Shown piece after piece: positions 62,681-64,000 of a DNA stretch of 64,000 nt. Each line of letters opens with the position of its first letter. Position 1 is the first letter of the stretch. Position numbers and translations under genes: made by a program. Location: NCBI GenBank assembly GCA_963749495.1, contig CAVVMW010000023.1, forward strand, positions 736,001 to 800,000. Reading direction: 5' to 3'. The notes under the pieces were generated by a model that searched no databases, was not told where the DNA came from, and worked only from the letters and a program-made list of their open reading frames with translations. The DNA comes from an uncultured bacterium. Its GTDB lineage: Bacteria > Verrucomicrobiota > Verrucomicrobiia > Limisphaerales > UBA8199.

Positions 62681-63133
62681 ATGTTCACCAAAATCGCAAA
62701 GCCCTTGCTCGAAGGAGAAAGCACGCTCCACCTGGTTGTCTGCCGGGACAGTGACACCCAACTGCGCGTCACTGTCCATGTGATGGACCCCAAGCCGGAT
62801 GCCAACGCGAAGGAATCGGCGCTCTCGCGGCCTGTCACCATCGTGGACACGCCGGAGAATTTGGACGCCACCCTGGGTGACCAGCTCGCCAATTTCCAGG
62901 CGACTCGCCAGGAAGCGCGGTCCTCGCTCGCAGACGTTACCGCGGCACTCAAGGAGGAAGCTGACCAGAACCGCAAGAAGGCCCGGCAAACCCGCGCCAA
63001 ACTTGGAGCGCCTGAGAAGACTGGCGTCTCGGATACCACAGCCGCCAAAGCTGAGCGAACCGGAACGGCCCAAATGCAGCTTGGCGAGGCCACGCCAGCC
63101 CCGGCGCCCGCCCCCGTTGCCGCCGCAGCGTAG
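62681..63133 (+). CDS. PRTRC system protein E
   Basis: MFT.I...L.VTV...ALSRPVTIVDTPENLD..L followed by an Ala/Lys/Pro-rich tail. Confidence 0.8.
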   Translation: MFTKIAKPLLEGESTLHLVVCRDSDTQLRVTVHVMDPKPDANAKESALSRPVTIVDTPENLDATLGDQLANFQATRQEARSSLADVTAALKEEADQNRKKARQTRAKLGAPEKTGVSDTTAAKAERTGTAQMQLGEATPAPAPAPVAAAA

Positions 63134-63160
63134 CCAGAAACACAAAGGACTATCGACATT

Positions 63161-63382
63161 ATGAGCGTTACAGCCACCGCCAAGCTCAAACCCCTGACCC
63201 GGGTTTTCCAGTGGAACGGATTGGAAATTCCCGATCCAAACCCGCGTTTGAAGCCGGAGGAAGCAATCAAGCTGTTGAGCCCGGTTTACCCGGAACTCAA
63301 CAACGCCTCCCTTGAGGGCCCCTCTTTCCATGGGGACGATGAGGTCTACAAGCTTTGCACCCGCCTCGGCACCAAAGGGTGA
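63161..63382 (+). CDS. PRTRC system protein C (ubiquitin-like)
   Basis: RVFQWNG..IPDPNP....EE...YPELNNA..EGP...GTKG C-terminus. Confidence 0.88.
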   Translation: MSVTATAKLKPLTRVFQWNGLEIPDPNPRLKPEEAIKLLSPVYPELNNASLEGPSFHGDDEVYKLCTRLGTKG

Positions 63383-63482
63383 AAAGAGGGAGGCGAACTT
63401 CGCCGCGTCGCATCCTTCGCGCGTGCCATTGCGAAGAGCATCCCCTGATCCAAGAGGCCCGGCGGGAGCCCACCCAGCAAAC

Positions 63483-64000
63483 ATGCGTTCAAGCCCTGTC
63501 CGAGTTCCTCGCGGCCATCCGCGAGGGCGCACCCGAGGCCCAGGGTCTCAACGGACCGCTGACCGCTTATTAGCGACGCCGCTGCCGCACCTGCACCCGG
63601 CGGTTCCCGGCCGTTTGAAAGTGCGCGAGCACGAATACTCGGCGGCGCTCGTGTACTCCCACCTGACCCAATTGGGCTGGGTGCAGTCCTTGCCCAAAGA
63701 CAGCATCTTGGCTGGGGCCGCGCGATGCCTCACTGGGCGAGTAGCCCGGTATCGGCAGCGGCGGCTCCCGCTGGAGTTTTGCCTCGCCACCAATCTCCAG
63801 CATCTGCCACTCGGCGGGGAGGCCGGCGACGCCGCCATTGTGGTGAGCGTACCCGACACGCAACTGATCGAGTTGCAGCAGCCAATCCAACGTTTGGAGA
63901 AGAAGCACCCGCAGGCGGGTCGTTTCGTTTGGAGCGCGTTGCATCGCGGGTTGGGCTCCTGGGGGAGTACTGTTCGCCTCAGTGCCTGCTTTATCTTCTG
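63483..64000 (+). CDS. Probable PRTRC system protein F (partial, runs off the window)
   Basis: Open frame from ATG 63483 to the edge with LPHLHPAVP and RLEKKHPQAG; follows proteins E and C. Confidence 0.55.
   Translation, partial: MRSSPVRVPRGHPRGRTRGPGSQRTADRLLATPLPHLHPAVPGRLKVREHEYSAALVYSHLTQLGWVQSLPKDSILAGAARCLTGRVARYRQRRLPLEFCLATNLQHLPLGGEAGDAAIVVSVPDTQLIELQQPIQRLEKKHPQAGRFVWSALHRGLGSWGSTVRLSACFIF

Overview
GC-rich bacterial accessory DNA, probably part of a large integrative element or megaplasmid. No rRNA, complete tRNA or CRISPR array was seen. Layout: (1) 1-21 kb backbone: hipBA-type toxin-antitoxin with three operator palindromes, an orphan C5 DNA methyltransferase, an RpoD/RpoS-like sigma factor followed by a compact unclassified reverse transcriptase, a membrane thermonuclease, two prepilins, a truncated SF2 helicase, a ClpC-like ATPase, and a ~960-aa gene split by a four-ORF IS21. 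(2) 21.5-48.4 kb: an IS66-family element and a minus-strand Ssp-type DNA phosphorothioation defence island (DUF4007, ATPase split by an ISAs1-like IS, PAPS reductase, cysteine desulfurase, an SBD-NERD-kinase-kinase-P-loop protein, F/G/H-like restriction genes, and a second DUF4007-like/ATPase pair). (3) 50-52.9 kb: jetD remnant, FlgO-like lipoprotein, minimal ATP-dependent ligase, and a tRNA-Gly 3' fragment (possible att site). (4) 53-61.8 kb: a multi-ubiquitin/E2/JAB-E1 operon set head-to-head with a sigma-like gene, a small gene, a Cas4/RecB-like nuclease, a long prokaryotic Argonaute (N-E-D-D tetrad), a helical protein and a HEXXH peptidase-like protein. This module is the best candidate for an undescribed system. 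(5) Start of a PRTRC cassette. Many single-base frameshifts look like sequencing indels. All family calls come from motif recognition by eye, not database searches.
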